A stretch of 64,000 bases of DNA from Spirogloea muscicola. Lineage: Eukaryota. The notes beneath the pieces are model-generated. The model did not search any database. It worked only from the letters and a program-made list of their open reading frames with translations, and was not told where the DNA came from. Shown here one piece after another: positions 25,046-43,300 of this stretch (position 1 is the stretch's first letter; the number at the start of each line of letters is the position of its first letter). Location: assembly GCA_009602725.1 (NCBI GenBank), contig WELB01000013.1, forward strand, positions 259,378 through 323,377. The letters are read 5' to 3'. Position numbers and translations under genes: made by a program.

Positions 25046-25758
25046 CTATTGAGTACTGCGCGCCTCCATGTCCTGCAGTGGCACAGAGATACTTGTTTGC
25101 CAGGCGGTAGCAGCAGTGCCTCATTGCTGCTCTCGTTGGGCTCGCCGTCAACCACCTCCTTTGCTTTATCGGAGCACTGCCTGTGCTTCGACATTTATTT
25201 GTTGATGGTGTCGTGTCTCACCAGACCCACCTCCCCTCTCCCTCGCAAGAACGCCCCACAAGAGTCATCCACCCCCGTGTCATGCTTGTTAATCTCACAA
25301 TCTATGAGGCCCTTACACTGGCCTCCTTGCCTTTGAGTATCTTAAGCACAAGTAATTTGTAAAACGTTAATATTAACGCACAAGAATGTCGTGGGACCTT
25401 TCAAGGCTTGCCTGACCGCTTTGGATACTTGCCTACCTGCTTCTAATGACATGTGAAAGCGATGTGAGCTGCCAACTGGCCTGTTTGTTGCTTGTATTCT
25501 CTGTTATGAAGTCAGGAATGGTCAGGAAAAGTATTGCACTTCAACTATCACCTTTACTCTTTCTTTTCCTCTTTGGTGTGGCCTTACATGGCCAACACCC
25601 TGCATGAGGTCTTTTCACCTGGCATGTAGCAGTAGTATACAGTATAAATACTGTGAAGCAAAGTCGTAAAGACCCAGTACTGGTAGTTGCTTCCATGTCA
25701 TGTACATCATTGAGATAATTTACTGCTGTGTTGCTCTGCTGCGCAGCATGGGCAACAA

Positions 25759-28100
25759 TCAGAGTAGGCCTTTATTACGGAGACCATGTAAGGCTGCCTG
25801 CCAAGTGTGTTCTTGACCCTGACCTCGACCTCGGGCTGTGGTGGCACTGGGCTTGAGTAGCAGAGACCTACAGTTCACATTGCGCCCCGCCAGGGTCACA
25901 TCCATTGCCTTACTTGCTTCCTGCGCCCCACTGGCAGCAGCCGCCCGCCTTCTTGCAGCCATCGCAGGGTCTTCAGAGGCTGTTTGGTGGATCGGTCTGT
26001 CATGTGTCGCGGGCTTTGCAGCAGAAGCAGGCCGTGGCCTCTCAGGTGGGACTGCGCGAAAGCTCTGAGGAGGTGCTTGGAGCCTTGTCTTGGCTATTGC
26101 TGCCGCCTGTAAACTTGCCTTCACCTTGGCTTCCAGGCTGAGGAGATCCAAACAACAACCAATATTAGCTGTGATGGTACACCAGACTACGCCAAGACAC
26201 ATTCTCTTTGGTAGTGCTGGGTCCTGGGTTAGGTGCGTATTTGCGCAAAGCTACCCGACTCCTGCTGCATGTCTGACTTATCATGACAGGTCCTTGCAGC
26301 TGAAGGTATACTTGCCGTCATGCAACCGGTAAACAGCCAAGGACGTTGCCGAAGCAGTCACAAAGAAACCACTCAAACACACCTCGTGAGATGCACGGCA
26401 TTGACATCTGATAGAGCCAAAGAAGCCAAAAAGCCCTTAATATGCAACAACATATATATTGTCCTACCTCTGGGCATACTCTTGCCGAGCTTTCTTCATG
26501 AGGCGGCCGCCACCCCCCTGCCCACCTGGAGGTCCACAGGCAATAAATAGCCCAAGATAATAGAGAAAGTTACCTCGGCCAAGCAGTCTTCATGCTGTAC
26601 TCGTCGGTGCATATGGTCGACTCTCGACTTTTGAAATCTCAGGCTAACATCTTGGTGTACCTAGCTGCGCGCCAATGAAGGTGGTGAGACATGAGGGCAG
26701 CACCTACCGCAAGCCGAGCGTGCCTGGACACCAACTGCGGCTGGCCGCTTCCGAGTGCCGGGAGGTTTGAGCGTGCACAGCTGAATGCGCCGGCTCTGCT
26801 TGTCTGCAGGATGAACAATGGCAACATCAGTAAAACGAGATCGAAGAACAGTAACACGATATCAGCCTCCACTTGTGAAGGTGGTGTTGTGAAGGTGTGT
26901 CGGGACCAGAGTTGTGTATAGGTTCCGCACCCAATGGGCATCACAGTCCTTCTCTCTATGGCGATATTGCACATTGCAATTGCACGCTGCCGTCTCTGTG
27001 CTGGGCGTGCGGCAGAATTGCTCAAACACCAGAAGGCAGCTTTACAGGTAGCAGACAAGTGGGCTCGAATGCCAGCTACCGGATACAGGGCAATGTCGGG
27101 CATGAGTTGCTTACGATTTTCGGCCTCTAGATAGAGCTCCCGCAGGCGACTTGCGCACTGCCGCTGCGACTCCTCCTGCTCCTTAATCTTGGCCTGTGGC
27201 ACGTGCGTCCGACATACACCGCCACAGAGTGCGCAGCTTTTGAATCAAACGACGCGTAAAAGGAGTTCATCATAACACGGACCATGGCAGCGCGAGCCCA
27301 CAGCGGCGGTCATGTGGGTCTGCAGGCTCACGTTGTGAAGAGTGCGCCAGCGGAAGAAGACGCTGCGCCGCTGCATCCGCTCGGCGACGCGCTGAGCGGC
27401 GTCGGCGCCGAAGCGCCGCCGGTAGCAGTGCCGCCACAGCTCGTTGGTCACCGGGCTCAGGTCCCGACCCTGCCCAGCAAAGGCCATTGGCAACATTAAT
27501 CAATGAAATTACGTCTGAACGAGGTTCTCAATGAGAAGGTGTCTCTATTTCCCAGTCACCACGCCAAGAGCGAGCAGCGCCGCTGGAAGCTCAGACGCCG
27601 ACTTGCTGCCACTATCTAACTGGCGTGCAAATGCTAGCCGATCGGTTATCCCCAATTGGAGGCAAACCAGTTGATGGGGGTTGGCTTCTGCCGGCGATAC
27701 CACAGCCGCCGGGGCTCTGGGCGCCGCTCGGCGAGGCCTGCCTGCGACCGGCAACGAGGCACTGCCAGCCGCCACAACCGGGGCAGCGGTACCCGAGACC
27801 CTCAAACACCAAACCCGAAACCCCAAACCCTAAGCCGACGACCTAGGTTCGAATCTTGTCACCTCGATGTCCTGCTATTCTTTTGGACTATCTCTCCAAA
27901 ATGGGGCCGGGAGAGCGAGAGCGCACGACGGTGGCGTCCTCGATGGCGGCGAGCTGGTCGGCGGTGCAGTGCACGAGGATGGCGGCCAGCAGCGTGGCGT
28001 CGGTGTCGCCCACGTCGCCGATGGCGTCCAGGTTGTCGATCAGCGCCCGCTTGCACAGCTCCTGCAGCGTGAGCGGCCCGCCGCCGGGGGGGGCCGCCAT
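25759..28100 (-). CDS. Elongin A-like (RNA Pol II transcription factor SIII subunit A), about 6 exons; C-terminus less certain
   Basis: BC-box PLTLQELCKRALIDNLDAIGDVGDTD...ILVHCTADQLAAIEDAT, GRDLSPVTNELWRHCYRRRFG, FRWRTLH, RLRELY...KQSRRIQLCT, RLMKKARQEY. Confidence 0.88.
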
Positions 28101-28163
28101 CGACGCCGCAGCGGGGCGCAGCCCTAAACCCTAAACCCTAAAAATTAGGCCATAAAACCCTAG
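27800..28163 (+). repeat. Telo-box / telomere-like tracts in intron 1 (27800-27835) and 5' leader (28121-28163) of the Elongin A gene
   Basis: aaacccgaaaccccaaaccctaa; ccctaaaccctaaaccctaaaa...aaaaccctagg. Confidence 0.8.
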
Positions 28164-29090
28164 GTTCTTGGTTGGCGGCCCCCGCAGCGCGCGCCGCGAC
28201 GGCTCCCGCTCAGCGCTGCGGGGGCGGGGCCAGCGCAGCCTCNACTGGCGGCGGCACTGGCGGCGGCGGCGGAGGCGGCGGCGGCGGCGGCGGCGTGGCG
28301 CAAATCCCCGGGCTCGGAAGCCCGTACCCTAGCTCTAAGCGACCATGTGACCTCGCTGCCGAGGTTCCAGGACGAGGCGGTGGCTACGGCAGGGCCGAGC
28401 TCCCAGGATACTTAATGTATTCCTGTTATTTGTAATAAACGAAGGCCGAAGTGGCCAGAGAATAAAGGCAAGCACATCTGATGACGTGCATTACCCACTA
28501 CAAATGGACCCGCTCAGTACTCACGGGTTAACACATTAAGGTCGCTAACCGCTGCCTGAAAACTGGTTGGCAAACCCCAAGCCCTCAGGGGTCAACGCCG
28601 AATTAAAGCCCCAGCTGCGGCTGTGCTCACTGCCGCCATGCGGAGGTGCCGCTCTATCGGGCGCCAGCGCTTGCGGCAAGCCTTGACCCCCACCTTTGTG
28701 CCAGCAGTGCAGCAACTGTCAAAACTGTGAACGGCCAATGTGTGTGCCTACAGCTGGCGTGGTGGGCCCCAACACCATTGTCTCCAAGCCCTCCCTAACC
28801 TCCACCGCCTTATTCAAAACAATGGTGGCAGGCTGCCCTGCCCTACAGCGACCTCGCATCCGTGGCAATGGACACGCTACTCATCAACCTGGCAAGCAAC
28901 ATCGAGCATCAATCGCAAGGCAGCCCCTCAGGCTGGCAGCAGCAGCTGTGAAGCTACAGATGGCCGCCAAAGGAGGCCGATGGCACAATCCCCGGCAGCC
29001 TCCTCCTTGCGTCCCTCTCCATGCCAGATTCTGGAGAAGCTCCACGCCCTTGGAGGAGCTCCACGCCATGGCTGGACCCCGTTGCTCAAC

Positions 29091-34299
<5,209 letters not shown>

Positions 34300-34314
34300 G
34301 GCACAGCCGGATCC

Positions 34315-34548
34315 GCCGCCTGCGCCGGCGCCCCGCCCGCCGTCTACCCCGTCTTCGTGCTGGACCCCTGGTTCCTCCGGCCCGACCCCGCCGCGCCGTC
34401 GCCCGGCTCCTCGCGCGTCGGCGTCAACCGCATCGGCTTCCTGCTCGAGAGCCTGGCCGACCTGGACGCCAGCCTCGCCGCGCGCGGCTCCCGCCTCCTC
34501 CTCCTCCACGGCGACCCCACCAAGGTCCTCCCGGACCTCTTCCAGAAG
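34315..34548 (+). pseudogene. UVR3: Orphan fragment of a (6-4) photolyase first exon; no ATG, no WFRxxLRxxDN motif, no downstream exons in the window
   Basis: AACAGAPPAVYPVFVLDPWFLRPDPAAPSPGSSRVGVNRIGFLLESLADLDASLAARGSRLLLLHGDPTKVLPDLFQK then a GT donor; matches the plant UVR3 N-terminal segment as I recall it. Pseudogene versus misassembly is unresolved. Confidence 0.8.
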
Positions 34549-34965
34549 GTCAGTGCCCCTCTCTCTCTCCACTGCATCTTTTCATCAATTTTACCTCCTT
34601 TNGCCGCGCGCCGCAAGCGGCGGCGGCGGCGGCGGCAGAGGCGGCGCGGCGGCGGCCGCAAGTGCCGGCATTAGAGACGGCAGAGACGGCAGAGCTACGA
34701 TTGAAGGGGCCCGGGGGAGCAGTGGCAGCGCCGGCAGCCTGCGCCAGCTGACTCGGGCCGCCCCCGTTCCCCGCTGGCCGCGGCGCCTGTCCGCCACCGG
34801 CGCCGCCTTTCCGGGGAGCCCGGCGGGCCTGGCGGTGGCCTCGGCGGAGCTCGTAACTCTGGCGCTGGCCCAACAATGGCAGGCCTGCAGCTCTGGCGGC
34901 TCGCAGCCAGCGTCGGGTGGGCGTGAGCCCCAGTGGCAGAAGCTCCAGCTCGCTCAGCCCCGCAG

Positions 34966-37900
34966 ATGGCTTGCCGCTGCCCGCCTCCGGCTCTCAGCGC
35001 TCCTCGGCCCGCCTGGACCCGGATTGCCAATCCCCGCGACCTGCCAGGAGGCGGCCGATCGTGGCGAGGAGGGCTGTCCGCACCTCCGCATGTGGCCTTG
35101 ACGACCCGGCGTGCGGTGCGTGCAGTCAGGAGCCCTGCATCACCGCTACTGCAGCAGGCGTCGTCGTAGCATGCTAGAAAGTAGCATGCAAGCCCACTGC
35201 GTCTGCACCACATTAGCATTTCATTATTTTGCCTGGCTCACTGGTACTAGCACGTTCCAAGAAAAGTATATTGTTATGCTTGTCAGGACTTGTTGCTAGA
35301 CGGCCGAGCCCTACAGGCAGGTCGCTTGAATCACAGATCAATATACTACCGGTTCATTTGCAATGCAGCGCCATGTTGCTGGAGCTCCCCTCCCACCGGT
35401 TGACAGCACGCAACTGCCGGGTGTTTGCAGTGGCTTTGCCGTGACCTCAGGACAACTCGCAGGTACATCAGTGACCACTGCTTGTACTCAGGTGCATATG
35501 ATCGTCCCTTACTTTTTGCAAACATGTCTCCTGGTGACAGTACTTGCTTAAGATTGGCACAGGAGCAGGCGACTTGAGTATGTACGCTGGACAGGCTGTA
35601 CAGACCGTTGCAAGTGACACAGCAGTCTATGTGTCGCTTGTCTTAATATATATGAAGATTGACCTGCTTAATTGAGTCAACTATGTGCTGTCCTTGTCTT
35701 CGTAGGCTCTGCATTAGGAGGCAGTCAACCCCTAAGTCCTGTCAACTTCAATCCCCTTCTTGGACCCAAGTTGGGGCCTAGATTGAACTCGCCACCGGAG
35801 CAACAACATCGAGCAGAAGTGGTGCTAGAGGCGGAGAACGTGGACGAGCCAAAGAAGACTGCCCCAGAAAGACCGCAACTGTTTGAACATGAGCTGAAGG
35901 TGGCCTCCCAGGCTGTTCAGCTGGCTTGTCAACTTAGTATAAGTGTACAGGAGAAGCTGCTGAGTAAGAAGGAGAAAGCTGACACAAAGAAGGACAAGTC
36001 ACTCGTGACTGTAGCAGGTACGTCGTGGTGCTTTCAGTGCTTCCTGTGGAAGTGTCCTTCATGTTCACCAAGAATGGTTAGATTTCGAAGCCGCATATAG
36101 CTGAGACACCTGATTGCTAAAGTCTTGCTTTAGTCCTTGATAAGTCTCGCCAATTAGTTCAGATCTTTGCCTTCTCTTGTCCTCTTGCATTGTTTCACAG
36201 TCGTGCCCAGTTGTGTCACTATTTCTTCACATTTCAGCACAGGCAGCCTAGATTTTGTACCTCGGTGCAACTCAGATTAACATCCTACACAGGAAGTGCT
36301 GTCCATACTCCTCAGTCAGGAGTGACATTCTCATTTACTGCGCCTGTGTAAGATACTGTTCTTCTCTGCTGTGCCCACCAGACTGGGGAGTTCAGGCTGT
36401 GGTTGCTTGGTTGCTCAGTCAGTACTTCCCTGGCGGGGATTTTTCAATGGTTGCCGAGGAAGACACTGAAGCTCTGAAGGGCCGGCAAGGAGTCGAGAAC
36501 CTCCAACGAGTGGTCATAGCTGTCAATGAATGCTTAGCTGGTGCTTCTAAGTTTGGCTTACAGCCACCACTGCAACCCCTGGGGACAGTGGACGTTCTGA
36601 AAGTGCGTGCGCTGCCATACTCTGTCTCTGAACGACTCCTCGATGGTGGGCAAGCAGCTGGTCAAGCAGCTGCTCCTTAGCTACTGAATGTGATGATAGT
36701 CCATGTCATAGGCATGAAAATTGTGACATAAGCTTTAAGATTTGTTTACCTTCCCAATTTAGTAGCATGTTATACTCGATTTCTGGGTGATTGACCAGCT
36801 CATTCTCCACTTTTACATACAGGCAATCAACAGGGGTACGTCAAGGGGAGGGCCTACCGGCAGGCACTGGATCTTGGACCCTGTCGATGGCACGTTAGGA
36901 TTCACAAGAGGTGACCAGTATGCAATTGCGCTTGCAATGATGGAGGATGGAGAAGTGGTGCTGGGGGCACTGGGTTGCCCAAACTTGCCCATGCGGGCTG
37001 CATGGCTCCGATATCCCCACCGATACTTCCGCCTGACAGCAGCCTTTTTCCCACCAAAGCCAGGCAGTTGGTACATGGGTTGTGTTATGATGGTGAGCCC
37101 TGATTATGTGCAGGATACCACCTCCTTGACCACTCACACGTGCATTTGATTCTGTTGTCCTGCAAGTCTTGAGACAGCAGATAAGTATGAAGGCAAGGTG
37201 TGATGCCAGAGTGTCCAGTCCCTGCCCTGCTTGTCTGTCTTCTTGTCCAGCTTTCACAAGCTTTTTGAATGGAGTGCTGTTACCTGGTGCAGGCTCGACA
37301 AGGAGGTGGCACGTGGATGGAGCCTCTGGTTTGCCACGGCCACATGGGTGTCAAGGCAAGGCAAGTACGAGTATCTTCAGAAGAGGACCCTGCAGCAGCT
37401 ACATTCTGCGAACCCGTGGAGAAAGCGAACAGCAGCCAGAGCTTCACTGCAGGGCTTGCTGACAGTCTTGGCCTGAGGTAGGAGGACGTGACCAGGATGT
37501 CATGCGGCTTGTGGTGTGTCTTGTTGTCATTGCAATACTGCTATTGAAGTGTCCTAAAAAATTCTAATTTTGTAACATTCTTGGTCGTTCTTGGACATTG
37601 GCTCTTTAAACGACCGAAAACAGCTGACGCTCCACTGACGACCACCCCTCTTGCGCTGTGGTTTACAGGAACTTGCCCTTGCGGGTGTATAGCATGGCCA
37701 AGTATGCTGCAATTGCAAGAGGCGACGCGGAGATCTTCATGAAGTTTGCCAGAGCTGGTTACAAGGAGAAGATTTGGGACCATGCAGCAGGGGTGCTGAT
37801 TGTGCAAGAGGCTGGGGGAATTGTGACGGATGCAGGGGGCCGGCACTTGGATTTCTCAGAGGGGCGCTACCTTGATCGTCTGGACCGTGGCATCATTGCT

Positions 37901-37972
37901 TGCGGCTCCATGAAGCTGCATGCATCCCTCACCTCGGCTGTGGAAGCTAGCTGGGATTCATCTCGGCTTTGA
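34966..37972 (+). CDS. AHL: PAP-specific 3'(2'),5'-bisphosphate nucleotidase, HAL2-like; firm exons 35706-36017, 36382-36602, 36823-37092, 37293-37477, 37669-37972; tentative 5' exons 34966-35115 and 35287-35320
   Basis: [100 protein letters not shown]. Confidence 0.93.
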
Positions 37973-38249
37973 TTGCTACTACACCTGACCTTTTTGAATT
38001 GCATGGGAAGGACAGCAATGCCGGCTCGTCCAACATGAGCTTGCCGTGCCAGCTCACCTGCCTACAAAGTAGAGCAGCAGCTGCCACTACCACGCCATGA
38101 CTGCCATTCATGAGTAAACACAATCAAGTAGATTCTGGCCCGCCAAGTGAACATGCTCGTTTGTTCTCCCAATGGCATCTCTTGCCTTCGCGGGTGGTTC
38201 GTAAGTGCAGCTCTGCCCATTTGCTTACTGAGCCTCCATGCCACAACTG

Positions 38250-39801
38250 TATCTAGAGTGAGCGGCTTCACGTCGCCAAGATGTGTACTTACCTGAGTTG
38301 ATCTCAAGGTTGGGGTCTCTGCCTCTCGCATACCAGGGCCGCTCAAGACCCCAGTGCTACTTCCCCGTTGGACCCTTGGACCCACTTGACCCCTTAGTCA
38401 AAGTCTTTCAGCTGGCCTATCACAGCCACCGCCTCCCTTCAGAAGGAAAAGACGCGCAGAAGAACCCTGTCCGGCATAACCTGGCAGTTGCCTTGTGTCT
38501 TTTGGCCGGTCGTGCCCTGCTGCCGCCTCAGGCTGAAGGTGGGGCGCCTAGAGTGGGCTGCCAGCTTTCCCGACTTGAGGCTGACGAAGGGTTACTGAGC
38601 AGGCACCCGTGGTGGTTCTATGCTTTCCGACTCCATCTGACATTGTTAATCATGTGGGCTCGTGGGCTGGCTTTGCAACGCCTCGCCCCCTTCAGAGAGA
38701 AGGCGCGCGGTGCGCATGTATTGAAAGGGAGGCCAATACATTGTTCGGGTAAACACTAGTGTTACATAGAAGCCCTATGCTAAGGTGGCTAAGATAACAG
38801 TGTGACGTTTGTTTAGGAAGATGGTAAGCCTTTTCTCGTTGACGAGTCGCTTCTTCTTTCTGCTTCTGCGGCTTCTACAGATGAGATGGCGTGAAAAAAT
38901 CAATTGCTCGCCCACAGGGAAGGCACGCGGCGCGCATGAAATTGACAGGGAGGCCAATAGAGAAGTGGGGTTGAAACGGATAAGCCGGGTAGACAGTAGA
39001 CGGCGCCACTGACCAACATTCCAATTGGGCGGCTCCGCAGATGGCGGGGGGGGAAGCGGGCATGCGCGCTCGCGCCGCCACCCGCGGCACGCGCAGCAAG
39101 ACCGGCGGCAGCGGCTGGGCGGGGGCTGCACCGCGTTGTTGGGAGCACCTGCGAGGGATACCCCACCAGCGTTGCCCCGACTAGGGCCCTTCTCTCCTCC
39201 GGCTTTCGTCAGGGGATAGTTTTCCGGCAGCTAGTCTGTCGGATTTGAGGCTCCTCAATCGTACATACTGAGTGGTCCATCCTCCCCCGTTCTGACATAG
39301 CATCTTCAGGCCCCTTTGTGGCTGCTTAGCGCTTTTTAGGCCCCTCCATCATTTGGCCCCTTCCAACCTTTGTCATTCTTTTTCGGGCTGGCTTTTCACA
39401 GCCCTTGCCCCCATTGGGAGTGCCACTTCTTCTCTCACTGGAACGGCGGCGGGTACCCACGGCCAAGCTGAGCGGACGGGCGGGCCAGACGGTGGCGCCG
39501 TCTGGGCCGCTTCTGGGCGAGACGACGCCTAGAAGCAAGCTGGCCTTTCACTGCCAGTGTCTTTCACTGGAAGAGCTGTTTCCCATGAGACTGGAACGGC
39601 AGCTGGAGAGCTTCCCAACGAGGAGGAAGTAACGAGGAGAGAAAGGCGCGCGGGGCGCATGAAATGAAAAGGAAAAAAAAAAAAAGCAAGCGCGGCCAGA
39701 TTAACTGGTGGCTGGGAGAGGCCAGCCCAAAAGAATGGACAAGGTCTGAAGGAGTCGGAGTGCTAAGGACTGAGACAGCAGTAAGCGAACTCTCAGTAAC
39801 C
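38250..39801. mobile_element. Second island of REL non-LTR 3' fragments
   Basis: LAGRAL...ASFPDLRLTKGY* near 38500-38598; type C ends at about 38697 and 38918; ORF end plus type A UTR 39180-39435; type B end with a 13-nt A run (T tail in element sense) at 39673-39744. Confidence 0.78.
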
Positions 39802-40327
39802 NNNNNNNNNNNNNNNNNNNNNNNNNNNNNNNNNNNNNNNNNNNNNNNNNNNNNNNNNNNNNNNNNNNNNNNNNNNNNNNNNNNNNNNNNNNNNNNNNNN
39901 NNNNNNNNNNNNNNNNNNNNNNNNNNNNNNNNNNNNNNNNNNNNNNNNNNNNNNNNNNNNNNNNNNNNNNNNNNNNNNNNNNNNNNNNNNNNNNNNNNNN
40001 NNNNNNNNNNNNNNNNNNNNNNNNNNNNNNNNNNNNNNNNNNNNNNNNNNNNNNNNNNNNNNNNNNNNNNNNNNNNNNNNNNNNNNNNNNNNNNNNNNNN
40101 NNNNNNNNNNNNNNNNNNNNNNNNNNNNNNNNNNNNNNNNNNNNNNNNNNNNNNNNNNNNNNNNNNNNNNNNNNNNNNNNNNNNNNNNNNNNNNNNNNNN
40201 NNNNNNNNNNNNNNNNNNNNNNNNNNNNNNNNNNNNNNNNNNNNNNNNNNNNNNNNNNNNNNNNNNNNNNNNNNNNNNNNNNNNNNNNNNNNNNNNNNNN
40301 NNNNNNNNNNNNNNNNNNNNNNNNNNN

Positions 40328-43300
40328 CCGCGCCGCGCCCCCGCGCCGCCGCCGCCGCGGCCCCCCCGGCGGCAGCCTCGTCGGCGGCTCAGTCGTTCCA
40401 GCTGCAGCCCGCCGCCAAGCGGTACGCCATGACCATCAAGCTCACCCCGGAGCTCGTCACCGCGCTCGGCCATGCTCGGCGGGACGGCTTGGCCACCAGG
40501 ATCCGCCTCGGAGCGGCCCAAGCGGAGCATGTGAGTCGACCTGCTCAATTGCTGGCCTGTCAACCCGGTCCATCCTATGCCTCCTCGCACAGCGGCACCC
40601 GGTTGCAGATCGCCCGCTTGTCTCGTCATTGCGCTTTCGGCTTAGCAAGGACTAGCCTGCTGCTCTCTTGTACGAAATCCAGCTCTTGAAGACTGCACCT
40701 GTCCTGGCTGCAAGTAGGTCATTCAGGTTGGTGACGAAGAGTTCCAATTCTCAGCGGCGCCTGAGGCGGGTGAAAAGTTCGACTGCTACTGCGAGGAGTC
40801 ATCCACCAGCTTGGGGGACAAGACACTTGTCGAGGCCGGGAGCATATGGAGGAAGCTCTCAGTCCTGCGAATCCTGACGACCACTGAAAAGGATCGTTGG
40901 AAGAAGCGCTCAGACGAGGCCGAGAAGGCGCAGAAAGCGCGCAAGTACGAGTTGTTAGCTAGCACATTCTAGTTTGCAACAATGCAATGGCACAATGTCA
41001 GCCACATCCACGCAATGCTTCACATCTCTCTACAAATGTCAGTCGTCACGGAAGACTACCCCACCTTTGTGGCATATACTGGTGTGTCATTGGCTCAGCT
41101 TGCGATCTTGAATGTCGCGAAGGTTACCATATAATTGAATGACTGTTTCTTGGCAGGGTCATTGTCATGCCAACTCCGCTTGTGGCTCCTCAAACAGCTG
41201 GTGAGACTCCAGCTTCCTAGTCCTGCCTGGTCTTTTAGATCTTGATGATGGAAACAGCTGGGAGCAGGCTTGAAGCAGCTTTTTGAATTGAAATTATGTC
41301 ACGTAAAGAGTGTGTCGCCTTACTTCACGTGCCGCTGGTTGCATGTATGGAGCATTTGACGTTTGGTCCTGACAACCTCTAGGCAGCTGGTGTAGGTGCT
41401 CGTAAGACCACTGCAGGCAAGGCCAAGGTTCACTTTGAGAACAAGCGTCAGAAGCTCACCAGTGGTAAAACAATCGCCCATCCTACACATATGAACGCAA
41501 TGCTGGTCATTTATTGGAAAATATTGTGACAGTTTCGTGTCCACATGTAGGATATGATGAGTGTGGGCAACAAATCAAGCAACAAGCGACTCTAAGTGCA
41601 TTAGCAGTCCATTCTTTTGGGCTGGCCTCTCCCAGCCACCAGTTAATCTGGCCGCGCTTGCTTTCATTAGCAGGCTTTGGTATAAGTCCTGCCTACAGAT
41701 GACATGAGTTCGTCGGGTCCGGGCCTGACATGCTCGACTAGGCATACTCTACAGGGCAATCTGTTGCTGTCAGGCATCCAGGAGCAGCTGATGTGACGGC
41801 GAAGCAAAAGCGACCACTATCAGATGCTCCTACAATGCCCCCGCCAAAACACCAGGTCGTTCTGAAGGACAAGACTCCAAGCCCGGCTCCTTCTGCTAGC
41901 AGTCCTGGAGACAGTCTGTCTTCCAGGTCCAATTCAGCAGGTAGAGACAAGACACAAAGTCCTGGAGAAGGGCAAGCAGGAGGTGTTTCAATGAAGCAAG
42001 GCACTACCGAAGTCGGAGGTCAAGATCTGAAGCAGCTGCTGCTCAAGATTCTCTCTGAGGTCCCAAGAGGAATCTCATACAAGGTCAATACATTCCTTTT
42101 GATGCTGAAGGTGCTGCAACTTGGTGCCTATATTGCTGTCTCTTACATGCTCAGGATGCTCATTGTGTTCGTCAATTGGAGCTGAAGCTGGAGCTCAATC
42201 TCACTCCTATGTTCTAGTCATGTTGTCAAACAAGCAGGCCATTGAGAAAGCAGTAGGAGAAGCAAAGTCGTCAAAGGTTGACAAGCAGGTCATTGACAGA
42301 CATTTGAAGCAGGTAAGACAAGACAAAACGTGTGCAAGACTGACTTCTTCTAGTCGATAAGCCAGGACTGTGCACACTGCAGCTCAGGGCCATTGCTGTC
42401 AGATGTACATTGTGCTCAGGGCGACTACTTAATGAGATGAGAGCCACTTGCATTTGGATGCTGGCAAGAGAACATTCAGCGATATTATAGCATGTGCTGG
42501 TTGCATATGCAGCTGGCAGTGTATAAGGCCCCTGGCTTATGGCGATTGAAGCCAGATGTGGCAGAGGGTACCTTGATCAAGGCAAGTCAAAGCACGGGCA
42601 GGTATGCGTCGAACTTCCTTTCATCATGCTCCTACACTTGCTTGGAAGGCTTGGAGGGATGCACTGCTCACCACCCTTCTCCAAGTTGGCAGACACTAAA
42701 ATGTACGTCCCTGTGTCTTGCAGCTCACCTGACACCTTGCCAACAACACCCCCTCTCTTCAACTCGGACTCTCCTGCTGCTACAGCACTGCCCTTGGAGC
42801 AACGCAAGGTAGAAGGTGTTGAAGAAGGCAACCACAATACAGGACCCGTGAAGGAGATTAAGGAGTCACTAATTGAGGCAACTACAAGCTCCTCAAAAAA
42901 TGAGTTGGAAGAGGGTGACCCAGCAAACAGGCCAGATGGGGAAGGGAGGCCTCAGAGTAATGGACAGGTCGTAGGGACTAGTGATGTATCAGCAAAGTCA
43001 AAGCCTGAACAGGTGAAGGCCTGTGGTACACTTGACCTACTAGAACGAGGACGAGAAAAGGACCAGCTGCAGAAAGAGCCGCAGGCAGAGGAACAGAGGG
43101 AAGGCGAGGCAGAGGTGGCGCATGTTCCTAGCAAACATGCCAAGAAGCTTTCTAGAAGTGGGAGCTTGAGACATCGACATCAGAAGGATACACTGCCAGG
43201 GAAGGAAGGTCAACCTCCCAGCAGCGAAGAGAGTGGAAGTGAGAGTGACTCTGGTAGTGACAGTGGCTCTGATTCTGGCACTGGCACTGATAGTGAAAGT

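Noticed and set aside
27846..27856. GGTTCGAATC B-box / T-loop-like motif
   Set aside because: No A-box or cloverleaf around it; no tRNA supported anywhere in the window
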